A stretch of DNA of 64,000 nt. Origin: Candidatus Latescibacterota bacterium. GTDB taxonomy: Bacteria; Latescibacterota; UBA2968; UBA8231. The DNA lies in contig OZ242214.1 in NCBI GenBank assembly GCA_965206595.1, forward strand, positions 3,744,001 to 3,808,000, in the 5' to 3' direction. Both the position numbers and the translations under genes were made by a program. The notes beneath the pieces were generated by a model. It saw only the letters and a list, made by a program, of their open reading frames with translations. It had not been told where the DNA came from and ran no database searches. Positions within the stretch are counted from its first letter, which is position 1. Each line of letters opens with the position of its first letter. Positions 28,074 through 38,164 of the stretch are shown piece by piece.

Positions 28074-28325
28074 ATGAGGGACTGGAGTTGCACGGACCTG
28101 GAGCTGCTCGAGGTTCCGGCGGTCCGAATCTGCAGCAACATCTTCGCGCACAACTGCTGCTACAGCGCCGAAAGTCCTTTCAGGGATGTGCCCGAGTTCC
28201 AGCCGGGAATATCGCTCGATGGTATGCGGCGTGTGTTCGACTCCATGCGGGAGGATAATCGGATTCCGCCGTCGCAGCCTGAAGGCTGGGAGGACAGGAT
28301 CATGGAGCGAGTGGAATGCCGATGA
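28074..28325 (+). pseudogene. Possible C-terminal remnant of an NAD-dependent epimerase/dehydratase
   Basis: ICSNIFAHNCCYSAE..FRDVPEFQPGISLDGMRRV...WEDRI resembles epimerase C-termini; no N-terminal Rossmann part. Confidence 0.35.
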
Positions 28326-29770
28326 CCGGATCGAACGATTCAGAGCCTCTGGAGCTGGGATCTCGCAAGCAGTTGCTGTTCGATCCCCTGTTCCTGGCGG
28401 AATCCAAGGGGGTCGCCGTGGCCGTGGAGACACCCTTTCAGGACCCCACACCGGTCCTCACCGCGGACAGGCCCTGGGAAGACAGGGGCATCGGCTCCTT
28501 CAACACCGTGATGCTCGAAAACGGCGCCTTCCGCATGTGGTACGACGCCATGGCTGTCGGGGAGGACGGCAACAGCCACCGCGCCCTGTGCCACGCCGAA
28601 TCGGAGGATGGAATCCACTGGGACAAGCGGGAGACCGGCCTGATCGGGTTCCGCGGATCCAGAAGGAACAACATCGTCGCCCCTTCGCGCATGGCCGGGG
28701 CCACCGTCTTCCGGGACGACCAGGCCCCGACCGCCGAACGCTACAAGCTGTGGACCAAGTACTACGCGAGCGAAGAAGACGGGAAGCAGGGAATCCGCAC
28801 CGGCCTGTGGGGCATGGTCTCCCCTGACGGATTCCGGTGGAAGCGCGCCGACCAAGGTTATCCGTTGTGGAGGGGAAACGCCGCCGACACCCAGAGCTTC
28901 TGTTTCCGCGACGAAGACCTGGGGAAGTACGTCGGCTTCGTGCGCATCAAGAAACGCCCGGAGGGCAGACAGCGAACCTGCTCGGCGGGGATCATGTTTT
29001 CGGACGACTTCCGCACCTGGACGATGGCCAGGGAGATATTCAAGGCCGACGGGTGCGATGAGGCCAGCCCGGTGGCCGGCGGCACCCCGGGCTGGCGTCC
29101 GACCGTCGACTTCTACACTCCCGGCGGCATGAAGGTGCCCGGCGTCCCCAACGCCTACATCCTGCTGCCCACCGCCTACCACCACTGGCAGGAGGACGCC
29201 TTCCCCTCGACGATCGACGTGCGGCTGGCCACCAGCCGGGACGGGATCACCTGGTGGCAGCATCCCGACCGCGAACCCTTCCTCCGCCTCGGACCCGACG
29301 GATCCGCTTCCGCCGGCATGATCTTCGCCAACCCCTGGCCCATACCGGTCGCGGACGAGCTGTGGATCTACTATGGGGGAGTCGGCCGCGATCACAGGGA
29401 AGAGGTCCGCGACCCGTCGCTGTCAGGGGTCTTCCGGGCGCGGATACGGCGGGACGGGTTCGTGTCGGTCCGCGGCGGCTATGGCGGCGGGGAGTTCACC
29501 ACCCCTGCCGTGACCTTTTCCGGGGGGCGCCTGGAAGTCAACATGGACGGCAGCGCGGGCGGCTGGCTGCAGGTCGAGATACAGTCTGAAGATGGACGAC
29601 CGCTCCCGTCTCACCGACTCGACCGATGCGACACGATCCGCGGAAACTCGGTGGGGAAGGCGATCACCTGGAGCGGTTCGCCCGATCTCCCGGGGTTGAG
29701 GAACAGACCCGTGAGGCTGCGCTTCGTCATGCGCTCGATGAAGCTGTTTGCGTTTCAGTTTCCGCAATGA
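28316..29770 (+). CDS. Beta-propeller glycoside-hydrolase-like protein, paralog B
   Basis: KQLLFD, RPWE, FRMWY, HAESEDGIHW, ERYKLW, SRDGITW, ELWIYY, RRDGFVS, VRLRF.MR..KLFAFQF. Confidence 0.8.
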   Translation: MPMTGSNDSEPLELGSRKQLLFDPLFLAESKGVAVAVETPFQDPTPVLTADRPWEDRGIGSFNTVMLENGAFRMWYDAMAVGEDGNSHRALCHAESEDGIHWDKRETGLIGFRGSRRNNIVAPSRMAGATVFRDDQAPTAERYKLWTKYYASEEDGKQGIRTGLWGMVSPDGFRWKRADQGYPLWRGNAADTQSFCFRDEDLGKYVGFVRIKKRPEGRQRTCSAGIMFSDDFRTWTMAREIFKADGCDEASPVAGGTPGWRPTVDFYTPGGMKVPGVPNAYILLPTAYHHWQEDAFPSTIDVRLATSRDGITWWQHPDREPFLRLGPDGSASAGMIFANPWPIPVADELWIYYGGVGRDHREEVRDPSLSGVFRARIRRDGFVSVRGGYGGGEFTTPAVTFSGGRLEVNMDGSAGGWLQVEIQSEDGRPLPSHRLDRCDTIRGNSVGKAITWSGSPDLPGLRNRPVRLRFVMRSMKLFAFQFPQ

Positions 29771-29899
29771 TCCGGGCTGAGGCCGCTCTCCGATGAGGTC
29801 TGATCGGGAACCGCAGCGACCGGGGAGGACGGCTTCAGGCCGGGTTGGCAACAGATGTCCCGTCAGCGCGTAACAACCTCATTTCGGATTCGCTTCGCT

Positions 29900-30792
29900 T
29901 CACTCGGCCAACGACGCCTTGATCCGGGCCCACGGGCTCGCTCTCACAACGCTTTCATCCTGGATTCCCACCAGCAGTCCGTCGACGAAAATATCCGCAT
30001 TCCAAAGTGACTCGACCAACCCCGGCTCCTCGAACGGCAGGGCGTAGTGCGCGTCTCCACTATTTCCGGCGGCATCCTGATCTATCACCGTCAAATGGAA
30101 TCCGAGAACTGCCCCGGGAACCAGTTCGAACGCGGCACTTGCCTGTTGGTCCTCGTAGTCGAAGGGTGCGAACGGAGTCAGGTAAAATTCCGTCACCCAG
30201 AAAAAAGGATTCTCGCCCTGCACACTCCCTCCCCGTCTCCAAACGGAGGACGAACCGGCCAACCGCGGCTGTAGATGGGAACTATTTCAAGGTTCCCGTT
30301 CCCGGACGCTTCGGGCAAGGCGGTGTACCATTGCACATTTGAAGCTTGAAGAACCCTCTCGGCATCAGCTCCCGGATCAGGGACCCAGGACCAGGGTCCA
30401 CCGCTGTGGTCGGCATCGATCCTGAGCCACAAACAATCTCCGTATCGCTCGTTTTCGTTAAAGTAGACATCATCTGCCACTATTGCGGCAACATAGATCC
30501 GACTGGGTGACGGCACCCAACCAAGCCAGATCCTGAAATCCAGGTCTGCCGGATCACGCTCAGTGATATCGGATGCGCCGGGGATCAGTCCGAAATCCAC
30601 CAAGGTCAACGAGGGTTCTAATTCCATCCACTCATCCACCGATCCGTCCCTGATATCGATCCGTTCGACCATCTCGTCGCTCAACTGGTAAATGGGATAG
30701 GCGCGATCCCCGACATGGCCCTGAGCCGGCTGCGGTGGGACGTGCACAACAAGAGCGAAGAGGACAAGGACTGTGAGCGATCCGGGTGCCAT
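29900..30792 (-). pseudogene. Frameshifted secreted sugar-binding (CBM9/DOMON-like) protein with C-terminal WARIK motif
   Basis: ORFs 30193-30792 and 29900-30262 join as PPFGDG-G-GSVQGENP if one G is added to the G4 run at 30231-30234; signal peptide, DGSVDEW, IWLGW, C-terminal VRASPWARIKASLAE. Confidence 0.7.
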
Positions 30793-30952
30793 GTTGAATC
30801 ACCTCCTGAAAGAACAGGTGAGCGGTAACTCGTCCCCTGCAACTTCGTCCCCTGTTGCATATGGCGGGCAAGGGGGCGAGTGTTCAAAGTTACCTCTGTC
30901 GTGGTCTCCCTCGATGGCAAGTGAACCGACCCCGAGATAGCGGTGCTGAATA

Positions 30953-33900
30953 ATGAACCCCGATCGGAAACTGCATTTGGAACGTTCCGAAGAAAAGCCA
31001 GCTCGGCTCCTTTCGAAAAAGGAGCTGGCGCGCCTGTTCCGCCGGCCCCCGCGCGAGTACGGCCCCATCGACTGCTGGTGGTGGGAAGCCGGCCGTCTCA
31101 ACAAGGAGAGGATGCGGTGGCAGCTCGAAGAGATGAACGAGAAAGGGATCGCGGGAACCTGGTTCTACCCCAGGTTCACCTTAGGGGAGCCGCTCGCGTC
31201 CGATCCCCCTTACTGGACGGAGGAATGGTGGGACTTCGTTCGGTTCTCCATGGAAGAGCACCGGCGGCTCGGAATGGTCGCCTGGCTCAACGACTGGACG
31301 GCGCGCCAGTTCTTCCAGGACCGGCTGCGCGCCGAACGCGCGGAGAATCCCTCCCTGGGCGGGCGCCGTCTCGCTCTACACGCAGTGGAATCGGCGGCTC
31401 ACGGCTGGATCGAGATCGTTGTTCCCCCCGGGGAAGAGGTGCTCGACGCGGCCGCATACAGGATGGCCGGCGGGAGGCTGGATTACGCCTCCCGGGAAAA
31501 CCTGGGTGATGCCATCGAGGACCACAGGCTCACGTGGAAGGCAGAGGAAGCGGGGTGGCTCCTGGCGGTGGTCACCGCGCAGCTCCACGATCTCGACTAT
31601 CTCCATCCCTTCGCGGCCGATCGCTGGCTGGAACTCCTCGCCGGTACTTGCGAGGAGAAGCTGGGGGAGTTCGTCGGCACGACCCTGAAGGCCTGCGGAA
31701 CCGACGAGATGTTCGTCCTCAACGGGAACCTGTTGTACGCCCCGTCCCTGTCCGATCGGTTCTTGGCGGAAAAGGGGTACGATCCCGCCCCCTTCCTGGT
31801 TGGACTGTTCCGCGATATCGGTAAGATGACGGACAAGATTCGCTGCGACTACCACGACGTCATGGCCGCCATGGTAGAGGAAAACCTGTATGCGCGTCTC
31901 TCCCGGGGGCTGAAGGAACGGGGAATGCTCTATGCCGAGTTCTGCCCGAACGGGAAGAGCGAGGACATGCTGGCCCAGACCTACCACTACGGCGACTTCT
32001 TCCGCTACATGTCCCACTACACGATACCGGGCAGCGAAGAAAACTCCCGCCGGTCACGGACCTTCCAGGCAAAGATGGCCAGCTCCATCGCGGACCTGTA
32101 CGGAAGGGATCGGGTCGGGGTGTGCGCCTACTGGGGCTCGGGATGGGGGCATACTACCGAGGAGAACCTGGCCTGGACCCATGAGAACTACGCCCTCGGC
32201 GTCAACCTGTACAACAGCCACGGCGCCCTCTACAGCACCATGGGTGGATGGTACGAGTGGGTTCCCCCGGCAATCCACTTCCGGCAACCCTGCTGGCAAT
32301 ACTGGAAGCACTTCAGCGACTACGTCACGAGGCTGAGCTTCATCCTGAGTCAGGGGATCCCCCGGGCGGACGTTGCCCTGCTCTATCCCCTCACCACGGT
32401 CCACGCCCACTGGCCGGGGGGCCCTCCCTCCGTCGAGGGGACCCGGCGGAAGTTCGTCGACCCGGGGGCCTTCGGCGACGCCGCCCACGAGACTGCGAGA
32501 GCGACCTACGAGGTGGCCAAACGCATCTACAGGAGCGGCATCGACCTCGACTTCATCGACGATCGCTCCCTTTGCCGCGGCGATGTGGCCAAAGGAGAGC
32601 TGATGGTGGCAGGCATGGCGTTCCGCGCCGTGGTCCTGCCGCCGATGACGACGATTCGGACGGAGACCCTCGAGCGCATCGGGGCGTTCCACGACAGCGG
32701 CGGGGTCGTGGTTGCCTTCGGACGCCTGCCCCATGCCTCGCCGGAACGTGGACGGGACGACCCGAACATCCGGGCTTTGCTCGAGAGGATCTTCGGCGTG
32801 AAATCGAGCGACGGAATCGACGGCGCGGTGCGGCGGGAGAACGACGAAGGTGGAAAGGCCTTCTTCCTGCCGGATGGAGACGCGTCGATTGCGGAAATCC
32901 TGTCCGCTGCCATCGTGCAGGACGTGGCGGCCTCGGAGAAGGAGGTCTTCCATACGCATCGGAAAATCGGGGATCTCGAGGTCTACTTCCTGTTCAACGC
33001 CAGGGCGGAGAAGAGGGACGTCTCCGTGCATCTGAGAGCGTTCGGCGAGCCGGAAATCTGGGATGCCTTCACGGGAGAAACCGCACCCCACCACCGTTTC
33101 GAGATCCGGGACGACGGCACGCGGGTGCGCCTGGAGATGGATCCCCGCGGGGGGACGCTGCTGGTCCTCTCCCCGCCCCGTGGAAGGCCGCAGGTTCTCG
33201 AGGACGACCTGACCATGATGACCTCGGTGGAATCCAGCGGGAAGAGCCTTCAGGTTCGCGGGTTCTGCGCAGCCGGGGGGAAGAAGAAGGTGCGCCTCCT
33301 CCACGAAGGGGAGGGCCGGCTTGCGCATGCGGAAGTCGACGAACCGGAAGCTCCGATATCCCTCGACGGACCGTGGACCATCCGCCTGGAGCCCACCATG
33401 GACAACCGCTGGGGCGACTTCCGGTATCCACCCTCCGCGGAGTGGATCGGCGCCGAAGCCCGGCGGTTTCGGTACATGGAAGAAGAGGAACGGGCAGGCA
33501 CCGGGCAGGGATGGCACGAAGCGGATTTCGACGATTCCCGGTGGGAGCGGGTCACCTGTTCGTACGGCCCGTACTGGTGGACGATCGGTCCCTTCGACGG
33601 GGGAGAACCGCAGGGGATGTTCGACAAGGGGCGAGCCGGAAAAATCGGGACGGACGAACCATGCGAAGTGGAGGGAATGACCTTCCGCTGGCGGAAGTAC
33701 AGCTTCTCCCGGCAGTTCGGCCACGAGGGAAAAGAAGCGCACAACGGCTTCGGGGGAGGCCTGCGCGGCGTCTCGGAGAGGTTCCTCGTGTTCGATACCG
33801 CCAGCGAGGACCGCGACGCCGCGCGCTACCTCTTCACCAGCGTCCACTCCCCCCGCGAAGAGGAGTACATCCTCAACTTCGGGGGAACCGCGGAGTTCGC

Positions 33901-34777
33901 CAGGGAAGCCTGGATAAACGGCAAACCGGCTGTCTCGGTCTCCTCCCGGGAGGGGGATGCACAGGCGCCGGTTACCCTGAAAGAGGGGTGGAACTCCGTT
34001 CTGCTGAGACTGGTTCAGCCGAAGGGTGAGGGGCTGGCGACCTTCGCCGTGCTGCACAAGCCCGGGGACGCACCTCCGTGCGAACCCTGCGTACCTCTGC
34101 TACGGTGGTTCGCCAAACCGCAGGAGCTCCTCTTCGACATCACACCCCGAAAGGAGCGCCGCGTCGGGTGGTACCGATTCTCCGCGCCCCCGGGGCTCGA
34201 ATCCATGACCCTGAACCTGAAGGCGGAAGCGGTCACTGCATGGATCGATGGACAGCCTGTCGCCGTGGAGCAGGGCCGGATCGTCCTGGAAGCCCCGAGG
34301 GAAGGGACCTGCCGGATCGCCCTGAGAGTGGAGCAGGAGCCGGGGCGCTACGCCGGAGCCGCCTTCGAGTCGCCGGTTGCCTTTACGTGCGCGCAGGGAA
34401 GGATCCCCCTCGGAGACTGGTGCGGGCACGGGCTCGCGACCTATTCGGGAGGGGCCGTGTACGGCAAGGGGGTGATGCTGGAAAAGCCGCACCTGCGGGG
34501 GAAGGTCCTGCTCGATCTGGGGAGGGTGGCCACGACGGCGGAAGTGCACGTGAACGGGAAGCCGGCCGGAGTCAGAATGGCCAGGCCCTGGAGCTTCGAC
34601 GTCACCAGCCTGGTCGAGGAGGGAGAGAACCGGATCCAGGTGAAGGTGGTCAACACCCTGGCGAACCACATGAGCACCTACCCGACTCGGTACGTGTACG
34701 AAGGACAGGCGGTGTCCGGTCTTTTGGGGCCGGTGACGATTCAGTTCCTCGCGAAGGCCGTCCTCACTATTGAATAA
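30953..34777 (+). CDS. Large glycoside hydrolase, GH106/alpha-L-rhamnosidase-like, with C-terminal GH2-type sugar-binding domain
   Basis: FRRPPREYGPIDCWWW, GTDE, KMASSIADLYG, WEWVPP-like YEWVPP, ADVALLYP, LDLGRV...AEV.VNG, GENRI.VKVVNTLAN, SGLLGPV. Confidence 0.75.
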   Translation: MNPDRKLHLERSEEKPARLLSKKELARLFRRPPREYGPIDCWWWEAGRLNKERMRWQLEEMNEKGIAGTWFYPRFTLGEPLASDPPYWTEEWWDFVRFSMEEHRRLGMVAWLNDWTARQFFQDRLRAERAENPSLGGRRLALHAVESAAHGWIEIVVPPGEEVLDAAAYRMAGGRLDYASRENLGDAIEDHRLTWKAEEAGWLLAVVTAQLHDLDYLHPFAADRWLELLAGTCEEKLGEFVGTTLKACGTDEMFVLNGNLLYAPSLSDRFLAEKGYDPAPFLVGLFRDIGKMTDKIRCDYHDVMAAMVEENLYARLSRGLKERGMLYAEFCPNGKSEDMLAQTYHYGDFFRYMSHYTIPGSEENSRRSRTFQAKMASSIADLYGRDRVGVCAYWGSGWGHTTEENLAWTHENYALGVNLYNSHGALYSTMGGWYEWVPPAIHFRQPCWQYWKHFSDYVTRLSFILSQGIPRADVALLYPLTTVHAHWPGGPPSVEGTRRKFVDPGAFGDAAHETARATYEVAKRIYRSGIDLDFIDDRSLCRGDVAKGELMVAGMAFRAVVLPPMTTIRTETLERIGAFHDSGGVVVAFGRLPHASPERGRDDPNIRALLERIFGVKSSDGIDGAVRRENDEGGKAFFLPDGDASIAEILSAAIVQDVAASEKEVFHTHRKIGDLEVYFLFNARAEKRDVSVHLRAFGEPEIWDAFTGETAPHHRFEIRDDGTRVRLEMDPRGGTLLVLSPPRGRPQVLEDDLTMMTSVESSGKSLQVRGFCAAGGKKKVRLLHEGEGRLAHAEVDEPEAPISLDGPWTIRLEPTMDNRWGDFRYPPSAEWIGAEARRFRYMEEEERAGTGQGWHEADFDDSRWERVTCSYGPYWWTIGPFDGGEPQGMFDKGRAGKIGTDEPCEVEGMTFRWRKYSFSRQFGHEGKEAHNGFGGGLRGVSERFLVFDTASEDRDAARYLFTSVHSPREEEYILNFGGTAEFAREAWINGKPAVSVSSREGDAQAPVTLKEGWNSVLLRLVQPKGEGLATFAVLHKPGDAPPCEPCVPLLRWFAKPQELLFDITPRKERRVGWYRFSAPPGLESMTLNLKAEAVTAWIDGQPVAVEQGRIVLEAPREGTCRIALRVEQEPGRYAGAAFESPVAFTCAQGRIPLGDWCGHGLATYSGGAVYGKGVMLEKPHLRGKVLLDLGRVATTAEVHVNGKPAGVRMARPWSFDVTSLVEEGENRIQVKVVNTLANHMSTYPTRYVYEGQAVSGLLGPVTIQFLAKAVLTIE

Positions 34778-34818
34778 GGATAAGTCAGCCTGATTTCACC
34801 CAGCCGAAGGAGAAACCC

Positions 34819-35934
34819 GTGAAAATCACCGATGTGAAAGTCTTCGCAGTGGGGGAGTTCGTGTACGTCAAGATCGCCGCCGACGGGTTGCACGGCATCG
34901 GGGAAGCCTCGCTCAGCGGGAGGTCCCTGGCGGTGGTCGGCGCCCTGGAACACCTGAAGCCCGTGCTGGTGGGCCAGGACGCCACGCGGATCGAGCATAT
35001 CTGGCAGGACATCTTCCGGGGCACCTTCTGGCGCGGAGGCCCGGTGCTGCAATCGGCGTTGGCCGGCGTCGACATTGCCCTCTGGGACCTGGCCGGCAAG
35101 GCGCTGGGGGTCCCGACCTACCGGCTTCTGGGGGGAGCGTCGCGAGACAAGGTCCTCCTCTACCGGCACACCGGCGGCGGTCCTGCCGAGGAATTGGTTC
35201 GCAACGCCCGCAGACTTATCGGCGAAGGCTGGCGGGTTCTGCGGATTTCACCGATTCGCTGCGACGGCGCCTTCGATCCCAGGGAGGCGGTGCGGCGCGG
35301 TATCGAACATTTCGTTGCTCTTCGCGAGGCCATCGGCGACGAGGTGGAGATCATCCTCGAAGTGCACACGCGCCTCACGCCGCCGCGCGCCATCGAACTG
35401 TGCAACGGCATCGAGGCCTTTCACCCGTTCTACGTCGAGGACCCGATCCGCTCCGAGAACCCCGCCTCCTTCAGGACGCTGCGCGAACACACCAGCGTCC
35501 CCCTCGGCACCGGCGAGCAGCTGCCGACGAAATGGGCGTTCCGCGAGCTGATCGAGGAAGAGCTGGTCGACTACCTGAGGGTGGACATCTGCCACAGCGG
35601 CGGCATCACCGAAGGGAGGAAGATCGCGGCGATGGGGGAAGTGCATTATCAGGAGCTCGCCTGCCACTACACCTCGAGCCCGGTGAGCACCGCGGCCATG
35701 CTGCACCTGAACCTGTCCGTCCCCAACTGCGCGGTGCAGGAGTACTCGCCGCCCGCTCCCTGGATGAACGAGGTGATCGAGCACGATTTCCGCACCGAGG
35801 ACGGCTACCTGCTGCGGTCTGATGCTCCCGGGCTGGGGATCGATCTGAACGAGGAAGCGGCCGCGTCCTACCCTCACACCGGGAGCGAGCCGCCCCACCT
35901 GCGCCGGGAGGACGGCTCGGTGCAGGACTGGTAG
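34819..35934 (+). CDS. Enolase-superfamily (mandelate racemase) acid-sugar dehydratase, galactonate dehydratase-like
   Basis: IEHIWQ..RG.FWRGGPV..SA.AGVDIALWDL.GK.LG.P.Y.LLGG, EVH, EDP, TGE, GGITE. Confidence 0.85.
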   Translation: MKITDVKVFAVGEFVYVKIAADGLHGIGEASLSGRSLAVVGALEHLKPVLVGQDATRIEHIWQDIFRGTFWRGGPVLQSALAGVDIALWDLAGKALGVPTYRLLGGASRDKVLLYRHTGGGPAEELVRNARRLIGEGWRVLRISPIRCDGAFDPREAVRRGIEHFVALREAIGDEVEIILEVHTRLTPPRAIELCNGIEAFHPFYVEDPIRSENPASFRTLREHTSVPLGTGEQLPTKWAFRELIEEELVDYLRVDICHSGGITEGRKIAAMGEVHYQELACHYTSSPVSTAAMLHLNLSVPNCAVQEYSPPAPWMNEVIEHDFRTEDGYLLRSDAPGLGIDLNEEAAASYPHTGSEPPHLRREDGSVQDW

Positions 35935-36062
35935 TCCGGCTCAGGCGCCTTGCGCATAGGGTGCCCTGCCGGCCGGGTTTTCCACCATTTCCGGGACAGC
36001 ATACCAGGATCCGGCTGCGCCGGAGGCTCTCAGGGCGGCGCCCGCCGGACAAACCTTCCGCC

Positions 36063-36908
36063 TCAGGCGGCGAAGTTCTTCTCGTCGAAATACAGGTTGT
36101 CGTCGATCGGTTTGCCGCGGGCGACCCATACGTCGCGGAACAGGGTGCGGCGCTTGGGCGGCATCGCGGCCACGACTTCAGGCGGCACGCTGCTCCGGCC
36201 CCACCGGCAGTTCACCGTGTTGTAGAGGCTGAACAGGCACAACCGGTCCCGTTCCCTGTTGGTCCAGGTCGACCCGGAATGGCAAATGCCCTCGGTGAAG
36301 ACGACGACAGATCCCGGGGGGCAGGTGTAGGTCTCCCACAGGGGGCTGTCCCGGCCGCTGACCTCGTCCGGCAGCTCAAAGGCCGCCTTGTGGCTTCCCG
36401 AGATGAACAGGGTGACCCCGTCTCCAGGGCCCACCTCGTTCAGCTCCCACACCACGCGCGTGAGGCCCGCGTGGATCTTCCCCGGCACCATCTGGTAGAG
36501 GTGGGAATCTCCACAGAGGTTGAAGTATCCGCTCCCTCCGTGGGCGCCGAACTTGTCGTCGCCGAAGGGCCTCCGTTCGGTGCGGGTGCGCTCGAAGCGG
36601 AAGCCGTAGCAGTCCTCGCTGGCCAGCCCCTGATGCGACACGATCTCGTTCAAGATCCCGGCGAGGACGGGATGATCGAGAAGGACCTGCGAGGGCCCGC
36701 CCACGGAATTCCGCTCCTCCGGCGGCAGGGATTCCGGTTCGTCCAACAGCTTGTGCTGATGTTCGAGAACCGCTCCCAACTCGTCATGGCTCAAAAGCCC
36801 GGGAAGGCAGATCCACCCCTTGACGTCGAAGGTGTATCTCTGTCCCTCGGTCATGGGAACGATCGGCAGACCGTCTCCATTCGTCGTCGGCAACAGCTGG
36901 CTGTCCAT
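36063..36908 (-). CDS. PhyH-family Fe(II)/2-oxoglutarate oxygenase (HxG variant)
   Basis: QRYTFDVKGW, LLDHP, AHGG, VVWELNEV, GSHKA, GSVVVFTE..CH. Confidence 0.8.
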   Translation of the reverse strand: MDSQLLPTTNGDGLPIVPMTEGQRYTFDVKGWICLPGLLSHDELGAVLEHQHKLLDEPESLPPEERNSVGGPSQVLLDHPVLAGILNEIVSHQGLASEDCYGFRFERTRTERRPFGDDKFGAHGGSGYFNLCGDSHLYQMVPGKIHAGLTRVVWELNEVGPGDGVTLFISGSHKAAFELPDEVSGRDSPLWETYTCPPGSVVVFTEGICHSGSTWTNRERDRLCLFSLYNTVNCRWGRSSVPPEVVAAMPPKRRTLFRDVWVARGKPIDDNLYFDEKNFAA

Positions 36909-36939
36909 TCTCTTCCTTTCTCACATGTGAAGGCGGGGA

Positions 36940-37166
36940 TGTCGAATGCTCGTGCCGGAAACCCGGAGCCCGGAGCTTCCCTGGACAGGTAGCAAATTCG
37001 GGTAGCGCCTGTGGGGTGGGCGATACGGCCCGCCCTGGGGACGGCCGGCCGATTCGCGGCGGTGTCGAATGCTTCGTGCCGGAACCCGGCCCCCCGGGAG
37101 CTTCTCCGCCAGGCAGCAATCGCGGAGCAAGGGCTGGGGGACGGGATGCCCCGCCCTGAGGACGGC
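36940..37166. repeat. Imperfect tandem intergenic repeat, ~105 bp x2 (36940-37045, 37063-37166)
   Basis: Both units start TGTCGAATGCT(T)CGTGCCGGAA(A)CCCGG...GGAGCTT..CAGG.AGCAA and end CCCGCCCTG(G/A)GGACGGC. Confidence 0.8.
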
Positions 37167-37173
37167 AAGTAGA

Positions 37174-37977
37174 TTACAACCCCTGGATCCACGCCGCGTT
37201 CTGCGCCAGCTCCCGCACGTCCCCGGGCCGGTTTATCTCGTACATGAAAACCCCGTCATAGCCGACGCCGGCGAGCGCCCGGTTCACTTCCTTCCAGGCG
37301 ATGTTCCCGCGCCCAGGCAGCAGATGCTCATCCCGCTCGCCGTGGTTGTCGTGCAGGTGCAGTGTGATCAGATAGCGCCCGACGGCGCGCAGGGCCGCGG
37401 CTGGATCGCCGCTGAGGTTGCGGTGGCCGGTGTCGATCACGGCGCCCGCGTTCGGCGCACCGAGATCATCCAGCAAGGCGACGAGGCGTTGCGGATCGTG
37501 GGTGTACCCCCTGGGGCCGGTGTTTTCCAGGGCCAGCCGCACGCCGGCCGGCGCGGCGTACTCGGCGACCTCCCCGAGGTTCTGCAGGAAAACCGCGCGC
37601 TTCTCGAGGCCATGCGCTTCGTCCGGCTCGGGAATGGCGATGTCGTGGGTCACCAGGATGCAGCCCCCGAGGTCGGCGGCCAGGTCCACCGCCCGCTTGT
37701 GATCCACGAGCGCCTTGCGGCGCTGAGCCGGATCGAGACTCCCCAGATCGCAGGCCGGATCGCGGTGCTTCAGGTGGATGTGGATGGAGTTGAGGTGGAA
37801 CCCCATGCCGGGAAGTGCCTGTTGCAGGAAGGCGCGGAACCCGGAGTCGGCGAAGGCGAAGTTGGGGTGGTAGTCGCACAGTTCCAGCGACTCGATGCCC
37901 GCCTCGCTGAACTTCGCCAGTACCTCCCTGGTGAGGGGCTCGCTGCGAAACGGTATGGTCGAAGCGCCGAGTTTCAC
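37174..37977 (-). CDS. Sugar phosphate isomerase/epimerase (TIM barrel)
   Basis: LALEN, DTGH, HLHDNHGERDEHL.PG.G.I.W, GYDG.FMYE. Confidence 0.85.
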   Translation of the reverse strand: MKLGASTIPFRSEPLTREVLAKFSEAGIESLELCDYHPNFAFADSGFRAFLQQALPGMGFHLNSIHIHLKHRDPACDLGSLDPAQRRKALVDHKRAVDLAADLGGCILVTHDIAIPEPDEAHGLEKRAVFLQNLGEVAEYAAPAGVRLALENTGPRGYTHDPQRLVALLDDLGAPNAGAVIDTGHRNLSGDPAAALRAVGRYLITLHLHDNHGERDEHLLPGRGNIAWKEVNRALAGVGYDGVFMYEINRPGDVRELAQNAAWIQGL

Positions 37978-38164
37978 GGCTTTTCACCTTCTTCCTACAC
38001 GGAAGCCCCGGCGCTTCCGGTTGGCGCGCGGACGTGGGCGGGAATGCAACGATCCCGTCTGCCGTGCGGTGGACCGGGGAAGGCTGAATGGTATATCTTG
38101 GCGGCCCCTTCAGCAACCGCTCCATCCTTCGCGGATTCCTGATCCGGATGTCGAGGAAAAAGAG

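Noticed and set aside
11465-30854. Shared motif TCGTCCCCTG at 11465-11474 (minus), 30830-30839 and 30845-30854
   Set aside because: A GC-rich 10-mer match between two loci is plausible by chance, and there is no further support
36940-37166. FMN or glycine riboswitch, or sigma54 promoter
   Set aside because: The CCTCAGGGCGGGG start resembles FMN but the rest of the consensus is missing; no glycine aptamer motifs; GG-N10 is followed by CG, not GC
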